DNA of 58,295 nt, counting the filler, from Sphacelaria rigidula (taxonomy: Eukaryota), in assembly GCA_964200075.2 (NCBI GenBank). It is 3 parts of 3 records of this genome, joined end to end, with 100 filler letters (N's around TTAATTAATTAA, not from the genome) between each part and the next. Parts side by side here need not be neighbours in the genome. Positions count along the whole stretch, not along the records: positions 1 to 19,370 come from CAXNAA020000679.1; 2 more parts are not named here. One strand, written 5' to 3'. The translations under genes were made by a program, and so were the position numbers. The stretch's first letter is position 1. Every line of letters begins with the position of its first letter. The notes beneath the pieces were generated by a model, which did not search any database, had not been told where the DNA came from, and worked only from the letters and a program-made list of their open reading frames with translations. This document shows, piece by piece, positions 1 to 12,110 of this stretch.

Positions 1-2645
1 GATTCGTCACGAGTCGACTCATCATACTAAAACCAAGTAATTTTCAGACGAATGATTATTTGTCCGACCCTTGGACCAGTGCGAACAGCTGGAGGATGAT
101 TTCCTCCGATTCCGCCAGGGGAAATATGGCCTTCTCGTTCTTGCAGTAGTGTATGCGAAGCACCGGCCAGACTGAGAGGATCACCTCCAGGACGTTGACT
201 AGGGTCAACCATCTGTGGGGCGCGTCGTTGACAAGCTTCACCTTTTCCCCCACCTTCTCCATCTGCACACACACACACACCACAGTACGGAGGGAAACAC
301 AGTACACAGTACACAACGGCAGTCAAGCAATGATGTCGAACAGGCAGGATGGACACGATGGAAACGAGCACTCCAACGCCTATGTTGCGAGTACGCTTTT
401 GAACTGGGTTACCGCATCGCAGCAAGAACGCTGCGTGACATGGTTCTCTGTTTTTGTTTGTCAACTTGCACTCGACTTCCCATCTCTTGCACATTTCTCG
501 ATATTTATTTTTACAGCCTTTGTATCGTTCTACTGAATCCGCAGTGGATCCGTATAGGTGAGACAATCGATCAGACCAACCAGTCTACTTCCGTACCATC
601 AGCTCGTCGAACTTCTGCCTCATTTTCGCTGACTTGTTGAAGTGCTCGACGGCGCTCTTCACTCTCTTGACCTCCGCCTAGCATGCCTGGTTCTTCGATT
701 TGGCCGGGTCAACGTGCGATCCCATCGCGCCGGCCAACGCACGATTGGCCATATGCGGCACGCACCATGCCCACTCGGCATCGAAGAGGATGTTCAGCAT
801 GCGCTTGATATCGCTGCCGCTGTCTGATGTCGAGCTGTGAACGTCGTCGACCTTCAAACCGTGCTCTGCGAGCACGCACTCCGTCCACTTCAGCAGCACG
901 TCAGAAGCCTTCAACTCCGTCAAGGTCGACGACGGGTTGTATACTTTCAACTGGTATGAAGAGAACGCCGCGGATGGGCACGGGGGCCCGTTGGCGAGTT
1001 CAGCTTAAAACCACGGCGCAACACGACCCATTGAGAAATTACGAGGCAGAGCCGAGGGTGCCCCCCCCCAAAATCCCAAACCCCACGCGCTTTCTTGGAA
1101 TCCTGGATTTGTGCGCAGGGGGGGGGGGGGGGGCTACCAAATCTCATACAAGCCGCAGCTTCAATGCTGCGTTTGTTTAGAAAAAAAAGTCATGAAAGAA
1201 ACAGTATTTAGCTTTGTTCAAAGTCGCTGTTGGCTTCGCAGTATTTCAGGTGCCGATCTACCAAGCATGACGTCGATAGCAATGAGTCAATGTGCCTTTA
1301 TCGTTCAATACATATCTGGCACAACTTCGGAGCCAAGTAAGGCCAAGTTATGTTCATAGGCTTTGGCAATACACTGCACATGACACTTCCACGACAAGAA
1401 CATGACCAGACAAATACCACAATGCTCTGCAGTGCTTGCTGAATCAAGCTAAAGGCGTCTATCTACACCGCCAATTTGCGTCCACCGTACGTCGCATCTT
1501 ATCGGGGCAGAGAGGGCCAACAATCAAAGGCGCTACCTCACCCAAGTCGCCCCCAAAGGGCTATCTATTGAGTGGTTCTCAATGTGGAGGAAAATGAATC
1601 CTACGACCGCCGAAGGGAGGCTTGGGGGGTGGAGGGTGGGATTTGTTTTTTTTTGGGGGGGGGGCATAGAGTCTGAGATTGTTTTTGGGCACCCTTGGGA
1701 GAACTAGTATGTACTCGTTCTCTCTCGATTGTTTCACAAGTTTCATTTATGGCAACCTCGTGACACAGAGGCGGCGTGTATTTTTGCCCCTCTCGCTGAG
1801 GGGAGCATGTAGCATAATTGAAGCGAAGCGACATGCTACAAAATGAAAAGAAGACCAGGCAAACTGCTCTCACTACAAGTACTCCCGTCTTGCTACGCTC
1901 ACCGCGAGGTTGGAGCTGTGGAGACTCCATTCTTCCACCCAGAACACCCTCACGCCCAAAAAAGCTCTGCCCGATCCCTCGTCGTCCCATTTGTCCACGT
2001 TGAGGTGAACACATGGTAGGCACGCCTTGTCCGCGAGGTTTCGCAGCCTTCCCGCCTCGGTCGCCTTCGTCGCCGAGTACATCTCGCGGAGTACACATGT
2101 TTCACCCCTTTCGCACTGAGATGCGGCGTCGGTTCCGACCTGCCTTCGGGGTTCATCATCATCGCTGCGTGGTAGTGTCGCACGTCCTTGTCCTCGACAT
2201 ATACATATATGAACGGCAGGAACCTCTTCACCAGAACGCGTGCTTGCATCACGTGCCTGTGTCTGCCGTCAGTTCGACACAGATATATGTAATTGGAAGA
2301 GGAAGCGTTAATGTCATATTCGAGAATAAACAGGAAATGGTGCTGCTACCAAGCTGCTACATCAAATTAAAAGCGGGGCCTACGAAAACGGCACGAGGCG
2401 ATGACGATTTTGCACCGTACGGCAGTAAGGTGCGGTACGACTGTACTAAGTACTACCATCGCTGTACACAACAGTATATCTGCAACATACGGTCTGCGGT
2501 ATCACCCCAGTACACGGATCACTCCAACGTACCCAGCAGCTGCAGACAGGGCTGCTGTAAACCGCGCAGTACATTCGTGCCCAGCACAGTACAGTACAGT
2601 ACAATACATTTCTCGTACAGTATACCAATACAGATTCGTAAATTT

Positions 2646-3075
2646 CAGGGAGGGATACGTGACACACGTGACACATTTGAAAAACCGGAAAAAAAGTAAC
2701 TTTGGGCCATTCAACGCTATGCAAGGTTTGATTTTTTGGACGGGACAAATGCAGCGTAACGTCATGTAACATTTGGACCTTGAAGCAGTGTCTCTTGGTG
2801 TTTTCCACATGTAAAAAAAAGGCTGTTTTTGTGAATTTTGAACGTGACACGTGACACGTGACACGTGACATATTCACAAAAACAAGCAGAGTTTTCGTCA
2901 CATTTGGAAAGTAAAACGCAATGTTAGGGTTCATGCGAAGGGCCACACGTTTTATCACGTTACGCTACATATGTCCCATCCAAAAAATCAAATCTTACGT
3001 AGCGGTAAATGACCCAAACTCACGTGTTTTCGAATGTGTCACGTTTAAACGTCACGTATCACGTATCCCACCCTG
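2646..3075. mobile_element. Non-autonomous hAT-like MITE (430 bp) in transposase intron 1
   Basis: TIRs CAGGGAGGGATACGTGA / TCACGTATCCCACCCTG; 8-bp flanks GTAAATTT / GTACATTT (1 mismatch); internal CACGTGA repeats. Confidence 0.8.
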
Positions 3076-3077
3076 GT

Positions 3078-3138
3078 ACATTTTGAATTTTGAATTTTGA
3101 ATTTTTGAATTTTTGAATTTTTGAATTTTTGAATTTGA
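3078..3138. repeat. (TTTTGAA/TTTTTGAA)n microsatellite
   Basis: About 8 tandem 7-8 bp units are visible. Confidence 0.85.
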
Positions 3139-3160
3139 TATCTGTGCACAGGCACACTAC

Positions 3161-3367
3161 TGTAATGCGTGACAGGACCGCGTGCTCAGACGACCGCATC
3201 GGCATTTGAATATCCGTATGGTTAGAGTTAGTGTTAAGGTTAGTGTTGGGGTTAGGGTCAGGGGCGTGGTCCCTGTGGGGACTGGCCGGATTGATTTCGA
3301 AAAACGTCGATCCTGAGGTGTTTCGAAATGCGGTCCTTTTAAGCACGCGGTCCTCTCACGCATTACA
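3161..3367. mobile_element. TGT...ACA MITE (Ginger-like) with internal telomere-like tract, copy 1
   Basis: ~26-bp TIR TGTAATGCGTGA(C/G)AGGACCGCGTGCT; 4-bp TSD CTAC; internal GTTAGA/GTTAGT/GTTAGG run; homologous to 32178-32402. Confidence 0.8.
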
Positions 3368-5044
3368 CTACAGAAGTGTTGTCAGGTATTGTAAGAATAA
3401 TATACAGTCAGTACAGTGACGCTCCCTGGTCGGAGTTTCAAACACAGTTTGTCACATAATGCGACATTCCGACAGCACAACTGTAGCGTAGCGCATTTGG
3501 TGGTATTCACGGCTAACACTGGCGACGGTAGTACCACATGTTATTGGAGGTACCGCATTCCAAACACACACATGTTGTGTGCTCGTGCAAATACCACTTC
3601 AAAAATCTGGTACTACAAACGTACAACAGCAGTACAATAGTCAACACAGACCGCACAGCACGAGTTCTGCACTGGCATTTGTAATTTTAATTTTAGATAT
3701 GCCCACACAAATGCAAGTAGTTTTTATTTTTGGCTGTATCACAAAGCAGTACCGCTGCATTTCATATACACATACAACAATATAGGCGGTGAAATTCAGT
3801 GTGTGTGTTGTCTAATCTATTCTGGACGTCGGTATACACCTTCCGGTTTATGTAGCCGCACACAGGAGGAAGGCCAACACGTCAACAAGAAACAGTATTT
3901 TTGGTTGAACCACAAAGCAGTACCACCGCATTTCATATACACATAACTATGTGGTCCCATCTTGAAGAAGTTGGACTTCGTGGCGGCTTCCAGCCTATCG
4001 CAAGCCTCTGCCTTGGTTGCCTTGGTCTTTTGCCCCCGGGTTGACTGCAGTCCGTGCGTGTTGAGATGCCTGATCCAGTTGGTGTTGCCCCAACTCCACG
4101 TCCTCACTTCCAACTCCTCTTCGCACTCGGCAGTGGCGAGGCAGATCCACGCCTCCTGTCGTGTGTCGACGTGAATGACCTTGACCCCCGCGAACCAAAT
4201 CAGCGATGTTGCGCCAAGAGGTATATCTACCTTGCAGTACCCGCTATGTGGGGGCGAAAACTCCTGAACACGTTGCCACACATCCTCAGGCACGCCGATC
4301 GGACAAAGTGCCGACTGCACCTCGCCTGGCGGCGTCAAACCTTTTGGACGGGACGCGCTGCCTCTCAGCATACCTGCTTTGGCCTTCGGTCCAGGCCTCT
4401 TCTTGTGTGCAGGAACAGATTCCGCTGCGCTGGTGCTGCTCGACGCGGGGGCCCAATCGGGAGCAGCTCCTTCGCGTACAAACGAGCCGATACTTGCCTG
4501 CGCTGCGCGGGGGCGTGGAGGCTTGTTGCTGCCATCGCCGTCCACCTCCTGGATGTCCACCTCCACGACCTCATCGTCACCCCACAATGTACCGTTGGGC
4601 ATCGTCTTTTCCGACGTCGTCTGCTCACTCGCGGTTGCTGGTTCGCCAGCATCTATACTCGTAGAAGGGGGGTTGCTCATCGATCGGCACCAAACGGCAC
4701 TGCTACTACATGTGAATGTAAATATACTAGTCTACTCGACAGATACTCTACGCCGCTTCAGGTTAAGTTTGATCTCTCTGTGTGTGACAGGGTGGGGGAG
4801 GGTGGGGGTAGGAGCTTGGAAAAATGAAAACAAGCTTTGGAGCTTGACGCTTGCACATGTGCAGATACTGTATGCGAATGAACTTGAAGATTCTTGGTTC
4901 AAGGTCGTCGAACATATGATTGATTGGTTGATTGCCGCACTTTAACTGATCCCCAGGGGTCCAGCTGTGGTCTCATGATAGACGTACCCAAGAAAAACGA
5001 AATTCAAACACGCTCTGAGGAAAAAAAAAGAAGAAAAAAAGAAG

Positions 5045-5103
5045 GAGCAGAAAAAAATAGGAACAGAAAAAATAGGAACAGAAAAAATAGGAACAGAAAA
5101 AAA
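5045..5103. repeat. 15-bp tandem repeat (AGGAACAGAAAAAAT)x3 in an A-rich tract
   Basis: Seen directly; lies within a purine-rich low-complexity region at about 5000-5320. Confidence 0.8.
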
Positions 5104-5489
5104 GAAAGAGGTGTCGAACAGAATGACATAGCAGATTAAGTCGTGACAAAAAAAAGTAAGAAAAATTCAACACAAGCAAAGCACAGAAAGAAATGGCCGA
5201 CCTAAGCAAAAAAAGGGAAAACAAGAGGAAAGTACAAAGCAAATAGAAAAATACAATAAAACGATGAAAAGGAAGAGAAAAGAATAAATAAATAAATAAA
5301 GAAGAGAAGAACAAAGAACTCATTATGATTATTTGCTCGTCGGAATGCTGACTCCTCCACTGAAGTCGTTCATCACGAGCAATGACTCGAGTGCTCGCCC
5401 TATTAACTTTTACGGCCAACGAGCAGCCCAACGAGTGCGAGGGCCACGAGTCACACGCATGCTCGTCCGACGTATGGAGTTTTCTATTG

Positions 5490-8400
5490 TTGACCGAACA
5501 CGGCTACGTTCGCAGTTCCAGGGAGAATTCGCCTTTGCAACACCTTCCTCATGGCGTCGCGGCGTATATGATAACGTTGTGGGTGAGCTCTGCGGTCTTT
5601 CCACGATGATATTCGCTGTTCCACGGAAGTATTCTCCTGTCGAGAATACCTTATTTGAGGTCGGGACGTGTATGATAACTTCCTAGGCGATTTTCGCGGG
5701 CTGCTATCGTAGTTCCAGGGAGTATTTGTCTGTCGAGGATCTCCCATTTGGGGTCCAGGCGTGTATCATGACGTTGTGGGTGGGCTCTGCGGTCTTTCCA
5801 CAACGATATTCGCCGTTCCAGGAAGTATTCGCCTGTCGAGAATCTCCCATTTGGGCTCCAGGGATGAATTATGACGTTGTGGGTGAGCTTCGCGGTCTTC
5901 CCGTGGCAATATTTGCTGTTCAAGGAAATATTTGCCTTTGGAGATTCTACCATTTGGGATCCAGGCGTGTATCATGACGTTGTGGGTGAGCTTCGCGATC
6001 TTCCCGCGACGATATTCGCTGTTCCAGGAAGTATTCGCCTGTCGAGAATTTCCCATTTGGGCTCCAGGCGTATATGGTAACGTTGTGGGTGAGCTTAGCG
6101 GACCGAACACGACGATATTCACAGTTCCAGGAAATATTCGCCTCTTCAAAACCCCCTTGTGCGGCCCCGGCTTATATGATGACGTTGCGGGTGAGCTTTG
6201 CGTTCTTCCCTCACCGATATATTCGCTGTTCCAGAAAGTATTTGCTACGATAGTTCAAAATCTCTTGGACTCCAGGCGTATATGGTAACGTTGTGGGTGA
6301 GCTTTCGGGTATTCTTACGACGATATTCGCCGTTCTAGGAAGTATTCGCCTGTCGAGAATCTCCCATATGGGCTCCAGGCGTATATGGTGACGTTGTGGG
6401 TGAGCTTAGCGGACCGAACACGACGATATTCGCTGTTCCAAAAAGTATTCGCTACAATAGTTCATAGTTTCTCATCTGGGCTCCAGGCGTATATGATAAC
6501 GTTGTGGGTGAGCTCTGCGGTCTTTCCACGACGATATTCGCTGTTCCACGGAATATTCGCCTGTCGAGAATACCTTATCTGAGGTGGGGGCGTATATGAC
6601 AACGTTCTGGGCAAGTTTCGCGGACTGGTTACTACGATACTCGCTGTTCCAGGAAGTATTCGCCTGTCGAGAATCTCCCATTTGGGCTCCAGCCGTATAT
6701 GATGACGTTCTGAGTGAGCTTCGTGATCTTCTCACGACGATATTCGCTGTTCCAGGAAATATTCGCCTGTCGAGAATCTCCAATTTGGGCTCCAGGCGTA
6801 TATAGTAACGTTGTGGGTGAGCTTAGCGGACCGAACACGACGATATTTGCAGTTCCAGGAAGTATTCACCTTTTCAAAACTTCCTTATGGCGTGGCGGTG
6901 TATATGATGACGTTACGGGTGAGCTTTGCGTGTCTCCCACGACGATATTCGCTGTTCCACGGAATATTCGCCTGTCGAGAATACCGTATCTGAGGTCGGG
7001 GCGTATATGATAACGTTCTGGGCAAATTTCGCGGACTGGTTACTACGATACTCGCTGTTCCAGGAAGTATTCGGCTTTCCAGGACTTGCTTATGCGCCCC
7101 CGGCCTATATGATGACGTTGTGGGTGAGGTTTGCGGTCTTCCCACGCCGGTGTTCGCTGTTCCAGAAAGTAGTCGCTAGAATAGTTCAAAATCTCTCATT
7201 TCGGCTCCAGGCGTATATCATAACGTTGTGGGTGAGCTTTCCGGTATTCTCACGACGATATTCGCTGTTCCAGGGAATATTCGCCTTTGAAGCATCTCCC
7301 ATTTGGGCTCCAGGCGTATCTGATAACGTTGTGGGTACATTATGCGGAGGGAACACGACGATATTCGCTGTTGCAGAAAATACAGTAGTGGGCGGTCTAA
7401 CTAATTATTTTGTGACATTTTGTGCTTTTTCGTAATTGTTTATTTTCTTGGGCTTTTTTCGCTTGCCACCGCTTGCCACATCGGGGATCTGAAGATATTT
7501 GTATCCGCTACACATTCCAAGAAAAAAAATCATCTGTGCTCAATACTGAGTGACTTGTGGGCTGACCGGTCATCGGAGGTCCTGCCGCGTTTCAGCCCAG
7601 ATTCTTACTCTTCGATATCGAGCCTGTCCCGATCATAGTTGTGAAAAATGTACAGTTTTGTTTTTTCGAAGTTTTACCTACTTTTTGCACTCGAGCCGAA
7701 AAACTGTGTTTCGCGGTCAAAAACATCCTTCTGATAAATGGGGTATTTACTCGTATCGCCCGATAACACCAACTTACACTGACTTGGGCACTGTGTTTCG
7801 AGGACGACCTCTTTAATGTACAAAATCTACCGACGGCAGCGATTTCGATTTCTATCGAAGAGGAGTACGCGAGGAAAGCCCCAAAACATCCCTGAAAGTC
7901 AGACCGCCCACTACTGTATTCGCCTGTCGAGGATCTCCAAATTTTTGGTCCGGGCGTGTATGAGAACGTTCTCGGCGATTTTCGCGAACTAAACACGACG
8001 ATATTCGCTTTTCCAGGAAATATTCGCCTGTGGAGAATATCCCATTTGGGCTCCAGGCGTATATGATTACGTTGTGGGTGAGTTCTTCGATCCAAACACG
8101 ACGATATTCGCTGTTCTCGGAAGTATTCGCCCGTCGACAGTCTCCCATTTGACGTCCAGGCGTATATGGTAACGTTCTGGGTGTGTTTTGCGGACCGAAC
8201 ACAAGGATATCCGCTTTTCCGGGAAGTATTCGCTACAATAGTCCACAATCTCTCATCTGGGCTCCAGGCGTATATGATAACGTTGTAGGCGAATTTCGCG
8301 GACGAAACACGACGGTGTTCGCTGTTTCCGGAAGTACTCGCTTGTCGAACATCTCCAATTTGAGGTCGATGCGTATATGATAACGTTGTGGGTGAGCTTT

Positions 8401-8792
8401 GCGGTCTTTCCACGACGATATTCGCTGTTCCAAAAAGTGTTCGCCCGTCCAAACAGTTCCTTGTGGGATCCCGGCGTATATATTAACGTTGTGGGTGAGC
8501 TTTGCGGTCTTCCCAGGAGGATATTCGCTGTTCCGGGAAATATCTGCCTGCTCAATATTCTCATTTGGGCTCAAGACGTATATGGTAACTTTCTTGGTGA
8601 ATGTTTTGGTCCGAACACGACGATATTCGCTGTTCCAGGAAATTTTCCCCTGTCAAGAATCTCCCATTTGAGGTCCAGGCGTATATGATGATGTTGTGGG
8701 TGAGCTTTGCGGTCTTCCCACGACGATATTCGCTGTTCCAGGAGATATTCGCCTGTCGAAAATGAGCAATTTGAGGTCCGGGCGTATACGAT
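5490..8792. repeat. ~103-bp unit tandem satellite, ~27 copies, interrupted by a MITE
   Basis: The anchor CGATATTCGC (or a close variant) recurs at 6010, 6113, 6321, 6424, 6532, 6635, 6738, 6841, 6943 and 7046. Conserved blocks are GCGTATATGATAACGTTGTGGGTGAGCT and GACGATATTCGCTGTTCCAGGAA.TATTCGC. Confidence 0.95.
7383..7916. mobile_element. Tc1/mariner-type MITE (534 bp) inserted into the satellite
   Basis: 20-bp TIR CAGTAGTGGGCGGTCT(A/G)ACT with TA duplication (7381-7382, 7917-7918). Removing it restores the satellite unit ...GAAAA-TA-TTCGCCTGTCGAG. Confidence 0.9.
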
Positions 8793-9842
8793 GAATCATC
8801 TTGACCCATTAATGCTTTGAGCTGTGCCTTCGAGAGCTTGTTTCCTACGTATATCTTGACGGAAAACCGTATTGCTATTCCCTCAGGTGGGAAAACAGTC
8901 TGGTATTGCCCGCGGGAACTCCGATGGTGGTGCTGGCGCGTCGGCGGTCGTTCGTGTTGGTGGCGTTCGACGGCTTCGCCGGACGAGAGGGAAGGGTACG
9001 ACTACATCGCAACTGCGTGTTCGTCGTGGAGAGGCTGAGCTGGTTCGACGTTGCGTTGGTTGCGGCTGCAAGGTGCGTTCTCTATGTTTGTACGATTAGG
9101 TGATTATCGCGGAATAGCTGATCCCCAAGGAATGTGTTTGGTGTGTATGCGTATCGTTATGACTACTTTGGTCGCACTTCTGTCAGGGTTTTCCTCGATG
9201 CTGTAAATCTGGATATCAGCGGATGTGATTTGGTGTGCACACGGCTAGAGTTGATCTATTGGCTTCAAAATTGGGCTATCTTATGTATATATCGGTATGT
9301 TCGGCGCATCTGATCCACGGATGGAGGCAGAAAAAGACGGACGCATCATATGCTTGCCCGGCAGACATGGTGCGAACCGGCAGCACAATTTTACAACAAT
9401 ACAAACAGTCCACCAAGTACATGACCAGCTGGCAATTGCGATGTGGCCTCGTACCAGCTGTGTTGCTGGTAGGATCCACAGAGCTAGCGGACTTTGAACA
9501 CAGTGAGTTGTCGCACTAAGTCTGACGGGGGTGCAGGCACCATCCACTGCTGTATTTGACAACCTCGTCACAACAACACTAGTAGCTGCGTGATGGCTGT
9601 TGGTAGTCGTTGACAATTAGGACTGTAATACAGGTCCGATGAACGATATTTGCGTACTTTTCGCGATTGTTGTAGTTGAGTAAAATGTGAGAGGTCTACA
9701 CCGCTTTGAAGATGAGAGTTTCACCTTAAAAACGGGGTTCAACATCGTGGTGAGGTCAAACCTGCTTTTAAAATTTTGCCAATTTCGTGTAAATAATTCG
9801 AAGAACGAGTGAAGTTTTGAACTTTCGGCTAGTTTCTTTGTG

Positions 9843-9952
9843 TTAATCCATCATTGACCACGAGGGTGATCCATCGGGATCATCCATACTTTTCTTCAAG
9901 TGAAATTGATGCTGATTCAACAGATGGCTAACACTCGCGGTCTAGGGGTTAA
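9843..9952. mobile_element. ~100-bp TTAA-flanked (piggyBac-like) MITE, degenerate copy
   Basis: TTAA at both ends; shares TTCAAGTGAAATTGATGC.GATTCA.CAGATG with 29168-29265. Confidence 0.7.
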
Positions 9953-10659
9953 ACACTGGATGGAATAGAATATAAATACTCTGAAAGTCCCAAAACGGCT
10001 GCGAAAAGCTGAGAAAACAAGCTTTTGTTGGGTTTCCAAGGGCGTGAAGAAAGATGATGCTGCCACTGTTCAAGCCCCTATAGGGAAAATTGTAAGGCAC
10101 AGGCACTTTCCCATGAATTGAACCCCCCGTTTTCACTTGTTTACTACAAGTTCCCAGCAACGAAATTTCATTTCAGAATCACGAAAAGTGCACTTCCGTT
10201 TTTCCGCAACACTCTTCCCTGTATATCATCTCCGGAGATCCATGAAAGAACTGTAGCGTCGTATTTCTTCACGTCGTTAAGAAGCCAACAAAAGCGCCTT
10301 CTTTCAGTTTTGTCTCAGATCGGTTTGAGGCTTTTGAAAAATAACATCTTCAATCCCATCCAGTGTTCTAGCACCAATGGACTGGCCGCAAGCGCTTTCG
10401 TACTTCAACCTATTTACCCGAAAATGGCGTGGTTCCAAAAGCAGGTTGAACCTCAGCGCGATGTTGAAGCCCCTGTTAGGGGAGACTCTCTTAGAGCCTA
10501 TGATACTTGGCGATCTCACCACAACCGTAGTAGCTGTAATGCATATCCACCGCGTGATCGGTAGTCTGCGTATACTGGAGGTGGACACGGCACGCGCTTT
10601 AATAAGGAGACGTGCATTTTACTAATGGCATGCCCCACAATCGGGCTTGTTCTGTCGAA

Positions 10660-12110
10660 ACAGACGTTCCGACACCTAGATATACACACTGGTTGTCGGT
10701 ATATTTCCTTGCCGAGTTTTCTTTGCCTCCTCTCGTTTCGAGTGAAGGTCGGTATACTTCCTTTCTCGCCATAAAAGGCCATGTTGGGGTGTGTGGTATA
10801 GGAGTCAGTGAGCATGTGCGGTTCCAACAATTGTGTAGCAGCACTGCGTGTATATATCAATTGCAGGCGTTCCGACACCTGCATACACTCGGGCCGTCGG
10901 AAGTCGGAAGGTCGATATTTTTCCTTTACCGTCATGAAAGGCCATGTCGGAGCGTGTGCTATAGGAGGCGGTGATTACTTGCGGTATGAACAGTTTTGTA
11001 GCAGTACCACAGGCTGATTCACGCCTACCACCCAAAATTGTCTCATCAACAAATGCCTTTCGCAATACCTACCCAATAGTCTCATACTTCGAAGTACATG
11101 ATGCCATACTGACCGCCACGGACAGCTGAAGAGCGTGACAGCCGGTTTTGTGTCCGGGGCCAGAGCGGTGGCGCTAAGGGCGAAAAAAGTGTCTCGACTA
11201 ATCAGCGCCCTTCAAATTGTTTTGCAACCATAAATACGAATTTGAAGTCCAATTTTCACCCGATCTTCACATGCTTTAGATCGTAGTAGCTGCCATCAGC
11301 TGGGGGATCTCACGGAATAAAACAGATTTAGAAACGTTTCCAGCGGGGCCGAATTAAACTCGAAACCGTGGTGTTTGTTGATGTGGGGGTTTGGCGTCAT
11401 CAAATTTCCACTGATGATACGCACGAAAAACCCAGAGTCTCGAGACGATTTCCACTGTGTCTGTCGCACACAAGCGCAGGTCACCCTCAAACTTGGCCAT
11501 TCCGTAGGTAGTGATGCTTTAAATGAAGAAAAAGTATTTTTTTTGACAATTTCTCAAAGTTTATCCTTTCCCTACTGGCTTCCGGGGGTCCCGATGTGAA
11601 CACCGCCTGGAAGCCGGTACACAATGCCTCATGAGAAACAAATTGAAATCATGCGTCCCGGGGTAGTACAAGAAGCGTATGCACAAAGTTTGGTCAAGAA
11701 ACTCGAAATCCCGATACAGTTTTTCAGGGTCCAAGTCCTAAAAACGGCGTGAAGTTTTGTGGATGATTGTTTTGAGGTTAATAAGCGTTTACCAGCCTGT
11801 AATTTTATATCAAATGCATACGTTCCGACACCTGCATACACTCAGCTCGTTGGTACATACCCTTGCCCTGCATTCTTTGCCCCCTCTCATTTTGAGGGAA
11901 AGTCGGGCGAATGTATCAGAAAAGGCCATGTCGGAGTGTGTGCTACAGGAAGCAGGAATTATTCGCGGTATCAAAAGCTGGGCAGCAGTACTAAGTACCG
12001 TAGTATATATTCAATGCAAACGTTCCGACACCTGCATACACTCAGTTAGTCGGTACGTCACCTTCTGGAGCATTCTTCGCCCTCTCTCGTTTCGAGCGCA
12101 AAAGTCGGCC
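10660..12110. repeat. ~200-bp diverged tandem repeat, 2+2 copies split by an insertion
   Basis: CGTTCCGACACCT...ATACACT at 10665, 10868, 11821 and 12021; GGCCATGT.GG.GTGTG motif at 10777, 10940 and 11924. Confidence 0.75.
11160..11760 (+). mobile_element. Dispersed non-coding repeat family copy (class unknown)
   Basis: Collinear motifs GGTGGCGCTA...AATCAGCG.CCTTCAAATTG...TTTCCACTGAT...CCTCAAACTTGGC...TCCGGGGGTCCC are shared with 32860-33340 and, inverted, with 35935-36400. Confidence 0.75.

Larger units (their letters stand above)
70..4680 (-). pseudogene. Intron-containing hAT-superfamily transposase with N-terminal BED-like zinc finger, degenerate; exons ~4680-3940, 2256-1903, 950-597, 262-~70; continues beyond window start
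   Basis: Exon 1 has WICLATAEC...TNWIRHLNTH (BED-like C2H2). Exon 2 has RFLPF..VED, VHLNVDKW (first catalytic D, hAT D-x-W) and AFLGVRVFW. Exon 3 has TSDSGSD (second D) and WCVPHMAN (hAT CxxH). Exon 4 has NDAPHRW (hAT TRW motif). Exons 2 and 3 have GT/AG borders. There is a frameshift near 2090 and an in-frame TAG at 678-680. Confidence 0.85.

Noticed and set aside
4054-4945. Long plus-strand ORFs (257, 152 and 188 aa)
   Set aside because: Antisense to the GC-rich first transposase exon; no recognisable motifs.
5484-8809. Many overlapping repetitive ORFs in the satellite
   Set aside because: The ~103-bp unit is not a multiple of 3; frames shift and stop from unit to unit.
11411-11428. Hammerhead ribozyme core CTGATGA...GAAA (similar in the 35935-36400 copy)
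   Set aside because: The intervening 7 nt cannot form stem II, and the third family copy reads CTGATAA...GAAG.
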